Positions 25,680-38,967 of a stretch of DNA of 64,000 bases are shown here, in pieces. Each line of letters begins with the position of its first letter. Positions within the stretch are counted from its first letter, which is position 1. The notes under the pieces are model-generated. The model was given only the letters and a program-made list of their open reading frames with translations. It had not been told where the DNA came from and ran no database searches. A program made the translations under genes and the position numbers. Origin of the DNA: Octopus bimaculoides (Eukaryota); contig NC_069000.1 in the NCBI RefSeq assembly GCF_001194135.2, positions 39,531,853 through 39,595,852 on the forward strand, given 5' to 3'.

Positions 25680-26571
25680 ACCCAATCCAGCTGTGCAGTA
25701 TCCCACCTGCAAGTGATCGAAACTACATGGGTCCAAACGATTGTAGTGATCCATAAAGATTCTCGCATCTTCCATCTGTCTCATTAATTACATACCGAAC
25801 GAACACTACTAAGCCAGCAAACATGATTTACTGGCAAACTACCTGGTGCGTGCCATATGATTTATGACATACTATAAATCTCACCTGCGAACCCATGGAA
25901 AACAAACTTCAACCAGCTATTCTGATTATATGTCTATGCACACGTTTGAATGTGGTGTATGCCAGAGGGTTTGCAAATCCAATGGGGGGTCTTAAAAGAC
26001 ATGTTAGGATCCACAATGAGCATGTGATTGTGTGTGTATTATATGTGGTTGTTCCTGTGTATTTGTACGCGTGTGTGTATGCACGCGCGCGTTTGTGTGA
26101 GAGTGTGCAATTATGTGTGTTCGGTAAGAGCCTTTCTGAGTTCAGATAGCAGCTGGAGTTTTTTCTGTCTCTCAGACTAAATGCTAGTATATGCCTGGAT
26201 TAAAAAAGTTGTTTCCTATCTTGAATTACAGAGAGAACACAAGACAACAGAAGACAGAGCACAATTACAAAGATATCAAACCTAATGTCACAGTTAAAAC
26301 ATATCGCGTGAGAATGCAGCAGTGGATTGTCGGAGATCTCTTCTTTAGTTTACAGAAGAAATGACGTAATAATTCTTAAAAGATGATTCGATTCATGTCA
26401 TTTCTCGAAATTCAAATATGCTCTCGTCGGAACTCATAAAACTGAATTCAGTTGAGAAAATATCTTTTTTCAACTGTTTCCACTGTAAAATTATATAATG
26501 TACTTCTATCATTTGGACTTAACTTTTATTGCGTTAGGTAATTAATGCATAGATTTCTCTGCTAGTTAGTC

Positions 26572-26886
26572 CATTCAATATTTATGTTTATGTATATTTA
26601 TCTATTTATATGAACAAAATCTCACACAAAAGTATTATTCCGCAATAGAGGCAACGTTTGGTCGGCATATTTTCTCGTCTAATGCGTTATTTCTCTCGTT
26701 ACTTTCATCGTTTGGACTTTATCTTCATTATATTTATGCCTAGTTTCCTCCGCAAAGTAGTACATTCAATGCTTAAGCTGTGGTATATTTATCTGTTTGT
26801 ATGAACAAAATCTCCCTCAGGATAATTATTCCACACCTGAGGTAACGTTTGGACGGCATATGTTCTCGTCTAATGCGTTATTTCTG
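26572..26886. repeat. Diverged tandem duplication (~190-bp period)
   Basis: CATTCAAT..TATATTTATCT..ATGAACAAAATCTC..AACGTTTGG.CGGCATAT.TTCTCGTCTAATGCGTTATTTCT occurs at ~26572-26695 and again at ~26762-26885. Confidence 0.85.
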
Positions 26887-26936
26887 CAGTTTGTTCACGT
26901 CTCTTCATTTTAACATTAATGCTGTTCATTTACATC

Positions 26937-27170
26937 ATGGCCGTTCAAAGACACAGGAATATTTATAATTTCGATTATGAACCCGCATTACCAACAATCG
27001 TTGAGGCTCGTGATGAAACATTGATGCAGAGGAAAGCGGAAGCAAAGGACTTGAAAAAAATAGAAAAAGTAAATCGACATTCACAGGAATGGCAAGTGTG
27101 TTCTATATTCAGATCATGTTGTTCTAAAATAAAGGAAAAAGATTCAGAGACTTCTCAAAAAGTGCACTGA
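26937..27170 (+). CDS. Candidate 77-aa small ORF of unknown function
   Basis: Good start context (ATCATGG); non-repetitive, charged, protein-like composition (MAVQRHRNIYNFDYEPALPTIVEARDE..); no homology recognised. Confidence 0.25.
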   Translation: MAVQRHRNIYNFDYEPALPTIVEARDETLMQRKAEAKDLKKIEKVNRHSQEWQVCSIFRSCCSKIKEKDSETSQKVH

Positions 27171-27464
27171 CAGTAAAGTTTGAACCAAAATATGCCTGAA
27201 CTTAATATTTCAGAATACTAATTAGTGTTACAACATGCTAGACAAAGAAGGTTAAAATGTTTTGGGTAAAAATAGAAAGCATGATATACATTAAAATGTG
27301 TCGATGAATAAGACAGAAGATGGAAAAATCGAGCGATATTGTCGATGGAATACGAAGGTAAATGTCATTCATATTAAAGGGTTGAAAGAAATATGTAAAC
27401 AGAATATATACTCTTAAAACATGAATTGTGTTCCTTTGATTTCGCTATCAACACACTTTGGCAT

Positions 27465-27523
<59 letters not shown>

Positions 27524-28310
27524 ATGTATAAATATAAAATGAAGACACTCATGTACTTCTAGCCATANNNNNNNNNNNNNNNNNNNNNNNNNNNNNNNNN
27601 NNNNNNNNNNNNNNNNNNNNNNNNNNNNNNNNNNNNNNNNNNNNNNNNNNNNNNNNNNNNNNNNNNNNNNNNNNNNNNNNNNNNNNNNNNNNNNNNNNNN
27701 NNNNNNNNNNNNNNNNNNNNNNNNNNNNNNNNNNNNNNNNNNNNNNNNNNNNNNNNNNNNNNNNNNNNNNNNNNNNNNNNNNNNNNNNNNNNNNNNNNNN
27801 NNNNNNNNNNNNNNNNNNNNNNNNNNNNNNNNNNNNNNNNNNNNNNNNNNNNNNNNNNNNNNNNNNNNNNNNNNNNNNNNNNNNNNNNNNNNNNNNNNNN
27901 NNNNNNNNNNNNNNNNNNNNNNNNNNNNNNNNNNNNNNNNNNNNNNNNNNNNNNNNNNNNNNNNNNNNNNNNNNNNNNNNNNNNNNNNNNNNNNNNNNNN
28001 NNNNNNNNNNNNNNNNNNNNNNNNNNNNNNNNNNNNNNNNNNNNNNNNNNNNNNNNNNNNNNNNNNNNNNNNNNNNNNNNNNNNNNNNNNNNNNNNNNNN
28101 NNNNNNNNNNNNNNNNNNNNNNNNNNNNNNNNNNNNNNNNNNNNNNNNNNNNNNNNNNNNNNNNNNNNNNNNNNNNNNNNNNNNNNNNNNNNNNNNNNNN
28201 NNNNNNNNNNNNNNNNNNNNNNNNNNNNNNNNNNNNNNNNNNNNNNNNNNNNNNNNNNNNNNNNNNNNNNNNNNNNNNNNNNNNNNNNNNNNNNNNNNAT
28301 ATATATATAA

Positions 28311-28598
28311 GACCACTCTGTCGGTGAAGACGACAAGGGGCCCGGCCGATCAACGGAACAGCTTGCTCGTAAAATTGACGTGAAAGTGGCTGAGCACTCC
28401 ACAGACACGTCTACTCGTAACGTAGTTCTCGGAGAGATTCAGCGTGACACAGAGCATGACACGGTTGGCCCTTTTGAAATTGCAGCTACTACTCATTTTT
28501 GCCAGGTGAGTGAACTGGAGCAACGTGAAATGAAGAGTCATGCTCAGGGACACAACGCGTCGCCTGGAATTGAACTCACGACCTTACAATCGTGAGCG
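28311..28598 (-). mobile_element. Family B tRNA SINE (CORE-like middle plus the same 3' module as family A)
   Basis: GATCAACGGAACAGCTTGCTCGT..GTGGCTGAGCACTCCACAGACACG matches the family A 3' end (reverse complement); the head and middle differ (GGAATTGAACTCACGACC). Confidence 0.85.
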
Positions 28599-29371
28599 GT
28601 ATGTTCCTTTATGTGTATATGAGTCCCTCGTATATGGTTGCGTATATTCAAATATCTATATGTGACGGTACCGCACTTCTTTTCTTCGCTAGTAAAATGA
28701 TGTTCGTGTATTGAACCCTTAATTCTCCTTTACAATTATCGTTTCTTCCGTAGGATTATTTTCTTTTTCTGTCTTTTCCTTGTTATTTCTTCCCATATTT
28801 TAACAGCATTTACTATTTGAAAAAAAAAAACCTATGAATATTGCGTATGACAGCAGAAATTAAACTGAACCTTGAATAACTGCAATTACTTGCTACACCG
28901 ATTTCGTTTTAAATCAGAAACTAAACAATTCTTCGCGCATATGACGCCACGCCAAGATAATAATAATGCCTGGAACCCGAAAATTTAACTGCAAATTACA
29001 CAGATTTTAACACATAGATATTCGATTATAACATCGTTGTTTCTCGAAATTCAACACGAACGCCTAATAAAACCTAAATTTTCAATTCCCTCGAATTCTT
29101 ATTTTCTGAAGCCCTAGGATATGAGATCTTAAACTATAATAGCAGGATTAAATACGTACAGTATTTTAAATCCAACATTTCAGTATCTTCGCTCTTACTA
29201 TTTTTCCTATTCACTGCTCTATCAGGGTTTCAGTCACATCCAGTCATACTTTGATGTTCGAAAAAATTAATATTTGCAATAAGAGTCAGTAATTTGCTCA
29301 TCCCTCATTAAGACATTCTGTGTCTTGATCATTTATCGACCTTACCCTTAAAATCAGTATACATTTGTCAT

Positions 29372-30030
29372 ACGCGTAGCTTTGTGGTAAGACGATTGCT
29401 GCCCAGACACAGCGTTCCGGGTTCAATCCCAGTGTCCGGCATCTTGGGAAAGTGTCTTCTACTACAGCCTCGGGCCGACCAAAGCGTTACGAGTGTATTT
29501 GGTTGGTCCGAAACTGAAAAGAAGCCCGTCATATATATGTATGTGCGTGTATGTGTGTGTGAGTATATGTGTGTGTGTCTTTGTGTCTTGACAACCGGTA
29601 TTGGTTACCGTAACTTAGCAGTTCGGCAAAAGAACCTTGAAACTAGTATGGATTTGTCATACGCATGTTCATAGGCGCAGGCGTAGCTGTGTGGTAAGAT
29701 GCTTGCTTCCCAACAACAGGGCTCCAGGTTCATTTCCACGTAGATTTGGTAGGCAGAAACTGGACAGAAACACATCATGTATGTGTGTATGTGTGTGCAT
29801 ATTTGTCTCCTCATCACTGCTTGACAAATGATATTGGTGTATTTGTGTACCTGTAACGCAGCTGTTCGTCAAAAGAAACCGATTGAATAAGAAATTGGTT
29901 TTAAAAACGTAAACCCGAGAATCGATTCATTCGACTAAAACACTTCAAGTCGATGTCCCATCATAGAATAATTACTTCGCTTACTAAGAAATGTACCTGG
30001 GTCGATTTGTTCGACTAAAAGCATAAAAGA
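29372..30030 (+). mobile_element. Two tandem CORE-like SINE copies (~29372-29645 and ~29672-30030)
   Basis: Two heads (GCGTAGCTTTGTGGTAAG; GGCGCAGGCGTAGCTGTGTGGTAAG), each followed by body sequence. Confidence 0.8.
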
Positions 30031-30679
30031 ATAAAAGAAACATAATATTTAGTATCTAACCATATTTCGGGGACCATTACTACTTAAATTATGAGCCTTA
30101 CCATTCATATTTATATTTTCTGCTTCCACTTCAACTGACACACTGAAATCTGTTTACTAATTTAAACATACGTTATATAATGATATTTTGTTGCTATTTC
30201 CCGTCAGAATCATTTATGTGATATAAGGAAAATAGAATGTAATATATTTTTTATCCTTTAACCAATTTCGAACAATCCTTTTATTTCAATTATAGAAACC
30301 TGTACAGAAAACTGTTGAGGAGCCTGCAGCACTCATACCCAGGCTATATATTTTCATAAACATCGATTATTATAAAGTGTAGTGAGTTGCTTAACAGCAG
30401 AACTGCATTAAAGATTAGAAACGCTACGGTTCTCCCAAAAAGTACGATGACAAATATCACATTCTCCAAATGCAGTCCGTTATAAAAAACATTGAGAATT
30501 TTCAAAATACTCCAGAAATTCTCCGTTTGAGATTTTCGGTCATACTCGTGAGTAAAATTGCATATAGAGATGGATTAAATATTTATGCAAACTAAGAGAG
30601 GCCGTCCAGAATCAGGGACAGTTGTTACCCATGGAGAAACACACACACTCAGACACACACACGAACACAAAGACATATA

Positions 30680-30719
<40 letters not shown>

Positions 30720-30721
30720 AA

Positions 30722-30890
30722 CGCAGCCGTACATGTGTGGTAAGCAGCTTGCTTCCCAACCACACGATTCCGGATTCAATCCCACTAGCTTCGGCAAGTG
30801 CCTTCTGCTATAGCCTCGGGCCGACCAAAGCCTAGTGAGTGGATTTGGTAGACGGAAATTGAAAGAAGCTCGTGGCATATATATATATTC
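30722..30890 (+). mobile_element. CORE-like SINE, 5' half
   Basis: GTGTGGTAAGCAGCTTGCTTCCCAACCAC..GGCAAGTGCCTTCTGCTATAGCCTCGGGCCGACC. Confidence 0.85.
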
Positions 30891-30944
30891 CATATAAAAC
30901 GTATAGTTACTTCGCATAAGATAGGTAAAACGGAGGTGTTTTTA

Positions 30945-31480
30945 TCGACGTGCCCTGAACAGAATCGAGGGTTTCCTGCAGCACAAACTTCACGCAAACA
31001 TGACGATTCGGCGAAATGAATATATTACCAATGAAGAGGTTGTGCTCCGGGCCGGACTGCCCAGGACTGAAGTTACTAGGGCACGACACCGCTTCCGCTA
31101 GTCGGGACACGTATGCATTTATCGCGCCTTTTCCGTTTATTCTTCTTTGCGGAGTTGGCTTCAAGCACGAGGTCAAGTGGAGTTCCCGAATTCTGCTTCT
31201 GAGATCACAACAAGGTCACCCTCCTCCGCTTCTCGGCTGACTCAAATGCAGGGAGATAATCGTCAACGACCGCTCAAAGTGATGGCAAGTCATCTTTGAG
31301 GGAGCCGAACGGATGGAAAATTACAGATGTCAAGGTGCAGAGATGAGGCGACAAAGACGCAGAGAGCGACGACTCGCAATTCTTCTTCACCCGCAAATCC
31401 TCACCTGAGATAGATATCCTCGGCTCTTCTATACCGCCTTTGTCCAGTTGAGTCACCTCAAGGACCGGTTCTCTCTACAC
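30945..31480 (+). mobile_element. RTE-clade LINE, 3' RT fragment
   Basis: RRNEYITNEEVVLRAGLPRTEVTRARHRFR*SGHV parallels RTE 'W.D.I.N.EVL.RAGL.SI......RLRW.GHV'; locally GC-rich. Confidence 0.8.
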
Positions 31481-32249
31481 ATCAATATGAAGAGGCTCAC
31501 TCACTCACTATAGATTTAATACTCAGACACGAGTTAATGACGATGATGCGGCAACATTATACCTGTCCAGTACGAGATTGACTTCCACAAGATCATATAC
31601 GATAGAAGCGTCTGAAATATATAGCGATTGCATGAGTATTTGATTTATGGTCTTTAATACCCAAAGAATACATTAATGGTACAGCAAAATCCGAAACTGT
31701 GGTTATAAATACTATGTTGTGAATGTCGTATATGATGTTCGATCGAGTGCATGATCAATAGGAAATTAACTGCCTATGGTGGTAACGTAAATGACCGCCT
31801 GTAAATGCGAGATTCAGTTTTTTGACAGGTATTAGTTTAAAAGATTACATTTGAATACGACATATTTATGAAGCACGTCTATTTGTGAATTATTTTCTAC
31901 ATAACCTTATTAATTATACCAGAGAAAAATTCTTTATATATTCGACCATATCATCATTTCGTAATTATAGAGTTCGAGATAAAGTCTTCGAAACACATTG
32001 AAACGAAAAATTACAGCACTGTGAACAAGTAAAAATGCAAAAGCATTGAAAGAAAAATAATTATTGACTCAAGTTTCAAAACGGATTACTTGTACATGTG
32101 CTAAGTAAATATAGCTAGATTTGTACACAGCTACAATGAATGTAAAGAGAAGCCGGACTGTGTTCTCTTATGAAAGATTTCTAAATCAAAGTAAGAAGCC
32201 AACCAAATTGCACGGATGTTTACGAAAGAATTACAAAGAAATCATGAAC

Positions 32250-32419
32250 AGGCGCAGGCGTAGCTATGAGGTGAAAAGTTTGCTTTCCAAAGTCATACTT
32301 CTGGTTCAGTCCCGCTGGTTGGCTCGTTGGATAAGTGTCTTCTGTTATAGGCGGGGACAACCAAAGCCTTGAGAATGATAGGGGAAAACTGAAAGAAGAC
32401 TGTGATATATATATATATA
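32250..32419 (+). mobile_element. CORE-like SINE, 5' half running into a gap
   Basis: GGCGCAGGCGTAGCTATGAGG..GGTTCAGTCCC..AAGTGTCTTCTGTTATAG..GAAACTGAAAGAAG. Confidence 0.75.
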
Positions 32420-32803
32420 NNNNNNNNNNNNNNNNNNNNNNNNNNNNNNNNNNNNNNNNNNNNNNNNNNNNNNNNNNNNNNNNNNNNNNNNNNNNNNNNN
32501 NNNNNNNNNNNNNNNNNNNNNNNNNNNNNNNNNNNNNNNNTATTAATACACAAGTGTTTTTTCATTACATGGCAATTACACTACTGAATGTAATAAATGA
32601 GTGAGGGTAAAAAGTTTTTTTACCCTTAACTTATACAGTAATAAGAAAATGGAGGGGATCAAGAGGTGATCATTTCTTTAGTTATTTAAAAAAAAAACAA
32701 TTATAACAATATACATACATGTATAACGTATTATGATTTACATATATAGTATATAAAAATACCAGCAATTATTAAAATGATAAGTAGAGCATAGAAAGTA
32801 GGA

Positions 32804-32846
32804 GGGTCTCTTACAGCTGTTTCAGCCAAGAGGCCATAGTACCCCG
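32804..32846 (-). mobile_element. Penelope-like terminal-repeat remnant with a broken hammerhead
   Basis: Minus strand GGCC-TCTT-GGCT-GAAAC-AGCT-GTA-AGAGACCC retains stem II, GAAAC, a palindromic stem III and a GUA site; the CUGAUGA box is missing. Confidence 0.5.
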
Positions 32847-34359
32847 CTCTACTTCCATCCCTTCAGGGAACTGAAGTATTTGGTTGATAAGATTAAGGTA
32901 CTTGCGTGTGTCTCTGGGCTTCGTCAGAGTTTAGAAAGTTCGTTATCTATGGGAGGGCCCAAAATATATTTATGCTCTGAAATGGCAACGGACAAGTGAA
33001 TTTTGGAAGGTGGGGGGCTTCCAAGTCTAGCAGACAGATGGAAGTGCATTGTAGAAAACGAAGGAGTGTATATTTTAGATTCACTGGATAATTTACTGGA
33101 TAAATTCAGGTGTTCTGATGATTTCAAAGTGTTTACAATACTTTTTATGCTTTGATACTAATGATGCGTTTCCATCCCCAGTCTCTAGCTCCTTACAAAC
33201 TTTGCAGACGAAAGGTCTGGCACGTTTAAACAGCAAGTTATTTTTAAATCACTATGCTTCAGTCCTTATAACCACAACAACAGCATGTCCCTTCATATCT
33301 TGAGTAAGCTGAGAGTCTGCCATTATTATTTTCTGAAACAAAGATTATACAGAGTTAGCAAAAATGCACCAATGAACACAAAAAGGTATGTCCTCAAATA
33401 CACATATGTGTATATATGTCTCTCTGTCTGTATGTATGTTTCTAATTCTGTATATGCGTTCGTATATAGTATGTATATATGTCTTTCCGATCAACTTTTG
33501 CAATTTATAGTGCATTATCATATAGCGAAATTTGCTCATCTAACATTTCTTATAGTTATTCGCTTATGCACATAAGGTATTTTTTATTTATTTATAAAAA
33601 TCTTGTGGTGTATCCTTGTGTCTGATCATATATCTGCACGCGACCATGTCAAACACGGCATCATAAAAGTTTTGTGTGAAAATTACTCCATCTGTCAAAC
33701 GATATTTGCTTAACATGGACATCCAGAGTTTGCAACGCTGTATTCTTCGAGAAACACATTATTTGCTTGCTCTGCGTTTTGAAGTTTGAAATATATCATT
33801 TGGTCTCATATCACAATAACACGGAAAATCTGACATATTTCAAACAACATTATTCCATTTTGTATCGATTAGATTCGCAGGGTATGCGTAAGCATGAAAG
33901 CAGAATTCTTTGTTAAATTACGTGTTCTACATATATATGCACGCGCACATATGTGTGTGAGAGACAATGATATATATNNNNNNNNNNNNNNNNNNNNNNN
34001 NNNNNNNNNNNNNNNNNNNNNNNNNNNNNNNNNNNNNNNNNNNNNNNNNNNNNNNNNNNNNNNNNNNNNNNNNNNNNNNNNNNNNNNNNNNNNNNNNNNN
34101 NNNNNNNNNNNNNNNNNNNNNNNNNNNNNNNNNNNNNNNNNNNNNNNNNNNNNNNNNNNNNNNNNNNNNNNNNNNNNNNNNNNNNNNNNNNNNNNNNNNN
34201 NNNNNNNNNNNNNNNNNNNNNNNNNNNNNNNNNNNNNNNNNNNNNNAAAATTGAAAACAATGCATATTTTTAACTTTATAGGTTTAATTCCAGTTTTAAA
34301 TAACTGTATAAAAAAAAAGTGGTGCTGAATGTTGGCAAATTTTTAAACATAGCAAAAAA

Positions 34360-35210
34360 TTGATATGTTCTGTTGGATAAAATAAATCGAAGCTGAAGTT
34401 TCTCCTCCTTTTTACGGAAACCATAAAGATCTTCAAAGCACTTGATTGCTTGTTCTGCACTCTGATTTGTTCTGGGAATTACCAGTTTTGATCGTTCTTG
34501 ACTCCAAAAGTTTTTTTACAGAGTTCAATGCTTTTTTATGAACTTGCAGGCTACCACATAACTTCTGATAATCATGTGCATTGAACATTTAGTCAGTAAA
34601 CCAAAGATCTTCCAAGCTGTAACAGATGAATTGACAAACATTGAGAAGCAAAACACTTTTCTCTGGTAGAAGGGTAAATGCAAAAATAGCTAGTATTACT
34701 CGAGAATTCCATCTTGCATTACTTAAGTTGGGTATTTTTTGAAACTTTACAATAGGAAATTTGCTTTTTTCTTCAGAGAAACGATAAACTCTGGCCATAT
34801 GAAATAGAACTTTCATGTCATCTCGCCATCTTTCTGATTCAGTAATCTTTTCTTCACCATTGTTGAAATTAGCCTGGAGTTTCTCGCAATTACTTAGAAG
34901 TTCTGGAATGAATGTATATTCAATATTGGGAGATGACTTTTTTCTTCAAGTTCTTTATCCATTACAACACGAAGAACTCTGTCAAGGATATGATACTGAC
35001 AACCAATAACTTGCGGTTCTTTAAAACTCTTTTGAGCAGTCTTTGCAAGTGAATGACAATGCCATTTCTTTTCCCACTGTTCACACTCGTTGTATCAGTG
35101 ACAATCATCTTCATACAGTTCTATAAATTGTACTCATCTAAAACAGCTGTTATCCTTTCACAACAGAATCGGCTTTTCCGTTTGGTAATTGGAGTAATTC
35201 TAATTTAACT
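34360..35210 (-). mobile_element. Decayed hAT-related DDE transposase (catalytic and C-terminal region)
   Basis: Minus frames give LPNGKADSVVKG, ..IGCQYHILDRVLRVVMD.., PNLSNARWNSRVILAIFAF, IPRTNQSAEQAIK and LQLRFILSN, consistent with a CxxH-containing hAT-like transposase. Confidence 0.7.
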
Positions 35211-35903
35211 TCTTTAATAAGTTTTTTTAATTATGTATTTATTGAGAAAATGAATTTAATTTTCAGAATTAGTATACAAAAATTAATCCATATACCAGAT
35301 TTGAAAACAATTGAAACAAAATTGTAAACAGTGACGAAAACCACAAAGATCCAAACAGTCTGGGAGCATATAAAAAGTCCTCACGGTAAAAAATGCGTAT
35401 TAGTACGCATGGAAATCGAACTCCCAACTTTCTGCTCGTTTATCGAGTTAACCAGTGATTAACCAGCACGCCCTTCTCTCGCCATTCCATTAAACTCATG
35501 TAATTTGAAAATGTGTGTGTATTCTATATATTTACCGTGTCGTAGCAAACTAATGCCATCTTAAATGTATAGAAATGAGCATTATAATTCCCAAAATGTA
35601 TAGAAAGGAGCATTATATTTCCAAAAGTGTTTGAGGCTTGTCGGAAATTGCAGTCTATTAGACTAAATAATCTAATTAGAGTTTTATAAAGACGTCAGGA
35701 ATAAGGAAAACAGAAGATTACTTCGGAAGAAAGAATGTGTACCACAAAAAGAGTGAAAGATGAAAATAATAAAAACGTTAAAACGACGATGACATTTGTC
35801 AAAAGAAAGAATTTTGACAAAAGAGGTATTTACCTTCGTCACACGTTTACATACACAAATCCTTATGTGATTTTTGTACATGTGTTTGTATGTATGTGGT
35901 GTG

Positions 35904-35946
<43 letters not shown>

Positions 35947-36446
35947 NNNNNNNNNNNNNNNNNNNNNNNNNNNNNNNNNNNNNNNNNNNNNNNNNNNNNN
36001 NNNNNNNNNNNNNNNNNNNNNNNNNNNNNNNNNNNNNNNNNNNNNNNNNNNNNNNNNNNNNNNNNNNNNNNNNNNNNNNNNNNNNNNNNNNNNNNNNNNN
36101 NNNNNNNNNNNNNNNNNNNNNNNNNNNNNNNNNNNNNNNNNNNNNNNNNNNNNNNNNNNNNNNNNNNNNNNNNNNNNNNNNNNNNNNNNNNNNNNNNNNN
36201 NNNNNNNNNNNNNNNNNNNNNNNNNNNNNNNNNNNNNNNNNNNNNNNNNNNNNNNNNNNNNNNNNNNNNNNNNNNNNNNNNNNNNNNNNNNNNNNNNNNN
36301 NNNNNNNNNNNNNNNNNNNNNNNNNNNNNNNNNNNNNNNNNNNNNNNNNNNNNNNNNNNNNNNNNNNNNNNNNNNNNNNNNNNNNNNNNNNNNNNNNNNN
36401 NNNNNNNNNNNNNNNNNNNNNNNNNNNGACAGACAGACAGACAGAC

Positions 36447-36510
<64 letters not shown>

Positions 36511-37087
36511 TATATACATATGTAACACGCGCTTTCTCGTTCACTTTCACTTTCGCTCATATCTAAATCATTGCATTAGTTTATTATTCTTTACCGTTTG
36601 TATCCTATTACATCCATTTTAATGACTACAAATTTGGCGTTCTTTTGGGTTTTTTCAATATCTAATGCATAAATCTCTTCTGGATTTTACTTTTATTACC
36701 AGCCTTTATAGTCTATCCTGAGCATGTAGCATACGAGCTAACTGAAAATTCTATCGTATCTAGTTTTAGTTTTTAACTTTGAACGATTCCATTGGGTTGG
36801 TATATAATTATTGCGGCTTTTTTTCAACAAATTTTATTGAACAAAGACAACAGCAACATGTAATAAAAGCATCTTTAAATTATTATTCCGGAGCATATTC
36901 GCCATCTACTTCAATTATTGCTTGCCATTTGCTTGGCAGACGGTCAGACCGTTATTTGAAGATGTTTTTATTAAATATTGTTATTGGTTTTGCTGAATAA
37001 AATTTGTTGAAAAAAAAAGCACGATAGCATGCGCCGCACTTATTTGAAAATCAAGTTATTCCTTAGCCTTTCTTTGTTTGTCTCTCA

Positions 37088-37130
<43 letters not shown>

Positions 37131-37269
37131 CCTCCCTCCTTCCCTCTCTGATAAACAGGCACACAATTTCTCTCTCTCTCCCTCTCTCGGCCTGTATCTC
37201 TCCACGCATACATAAACGTTAGTGCTGTTACCGAGACACACACATACATATACGTCTGCATATTTTCTT

Positions 37270-37509
37270 TATTTCTTTTGTTCTTTTAATTGTTGCACTC
37301 ATTTGATTGCGGCCATGCTGGAGCAGCACCATCAGGTGGTTTAGTCGAACAAATCGACCCCCGGACTTGCACTTTGTAGGCCTAGTACTTATTCTATCGG
37401 TCTCTTGAGGCAAAGAGCTAAGTTACGGGGACGTAAACACACCAACATCGGTTGTCAAGGGGACAACCGATGGTGAGGGGACAAACATAGGCAGAAACAC
37501 ACAAATACG

Positions 37510-37580
<71 letters not shown>
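37270..37580 (-). mobile_element. CORE-like SINE, 3' half running into a gap
   Basis: GCGGCCATGCTGGAGCAGCACC..TAGTCGAACAAATCGACCCC..CTAAGTTACGGGGACGTAAACACACCAACATCGGTTGTCAAG. Confidence 0.85.
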
Positions 37581-38967
37581 NNNNNNNNNNNNNNNNNNNN
37601 NNNNNNNNNNNNNNNNNNNNNNNNNNNNNNNNNNNNNNNNNNNNNNNNNNNNNNNNNNNNNNNNNNNNNNNNNNNNNNNNNNNNNNNNNNNNNNNNNNNN
37701 NNNNNNNNNNNNNNNNNNNNNNNNNNNNNNNNNNNNNNNNNNNNNNNNNNNNNNNNNNNNNNNNNNNNNNNNNNNNNNNNNNNNNNNNNNNNNNNNNNNN
37801 NNNNNNNNNNNNNNNNNNNNNNNNNNNNNNTATATATATGCATATATATATATATATATGCATATATATATATATATATCCATATATGGGCACAAGACGA
37901 ATAGTAGATAGACAGCTGACAGCTGCTGAAGGGTGGTTCCCTGTGTTTACTTGTCCTGTTTTCCATTTTTCCACTCGTTATTTATGTATTTAACTCGTTT
38001 CTTTTCGTATTTCATGCTGTTTACACAGTTGGTGACGTCCTATACCCATACATAAGTATGTATATATATATATATGTATATGTCTATATATACATATGTA
38101 TGTATGTATGTATGCATGTATGTATACAGACACATACATGCATATCTGAGTGTGTTTATGTATGCAGGGATGAATTTATGTATTATTGATATTCTTTCTC
38201 TTTATGAGCTATATTTTGGTACTAGTTCCTCCAAAGATTTCATTACTATTACCATTCTGTTCCCTGTGGTTCATACATATTTTTTTATAGTAGTATGAAT
38301 ACAATGACACAATCCATTATGCAACGAAAAAGAAAGACATTGTCATTCTTCAGAAAGTTTTCTGGAACAATTCGATTACGTTTTATAAATGATACGACGA
38401 CGTTTGTAGATGATGCAAAAAATATATAGATAAATATCATATACTAAACTGACAGAAATTGTACGCCTATAACAAATGCACTTCTTTGGAAAATGTGAAC
38501 AGTTGAAACATATACAGAAAACCCATATTACAGAAACATGTTGAACATTTCCATGATTGCATATCTGAAACGAAAGGATCAATTATTGATCGCTGAAACA
38601 GCGATGCCAGATTACATAGCACAATATAGAAAAAATGAAGAAAGGTGCCAGGGAAGTATGAAGATATAGAGAAATGAAACAAAATTCGTTGCCTATGACC
38701 AGATAAATGTATAGAATGTGTAGCTAAATATTAGAAAAAAATATGTACAAATAATATTCAACATTTGGTCTATTGTAATTATCGGCTGTTTTCGTGTTTT
38801 GTTGAGCTGTACTGCAAATTTAGCTTTTGTAGTTGGAAGAAAGTAAACGACAGATCAGAACCTTAGAAGAAGAATGGCGAATCAAACTAAGAACCATGGA
38901 ATTACGTTCGGCTGCAACAGTATAACATTACTAAGCCCATTTGATGATGGTAGGGTCACAATATATA

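Noticed and set aside
25434-25784. 116-aa minus-strand ORF
   Set aside because: No recognisable domain; it ends in a poly-K run derived from a T tract and overlaps the better-supported plus-strand zinc-finger remnant.
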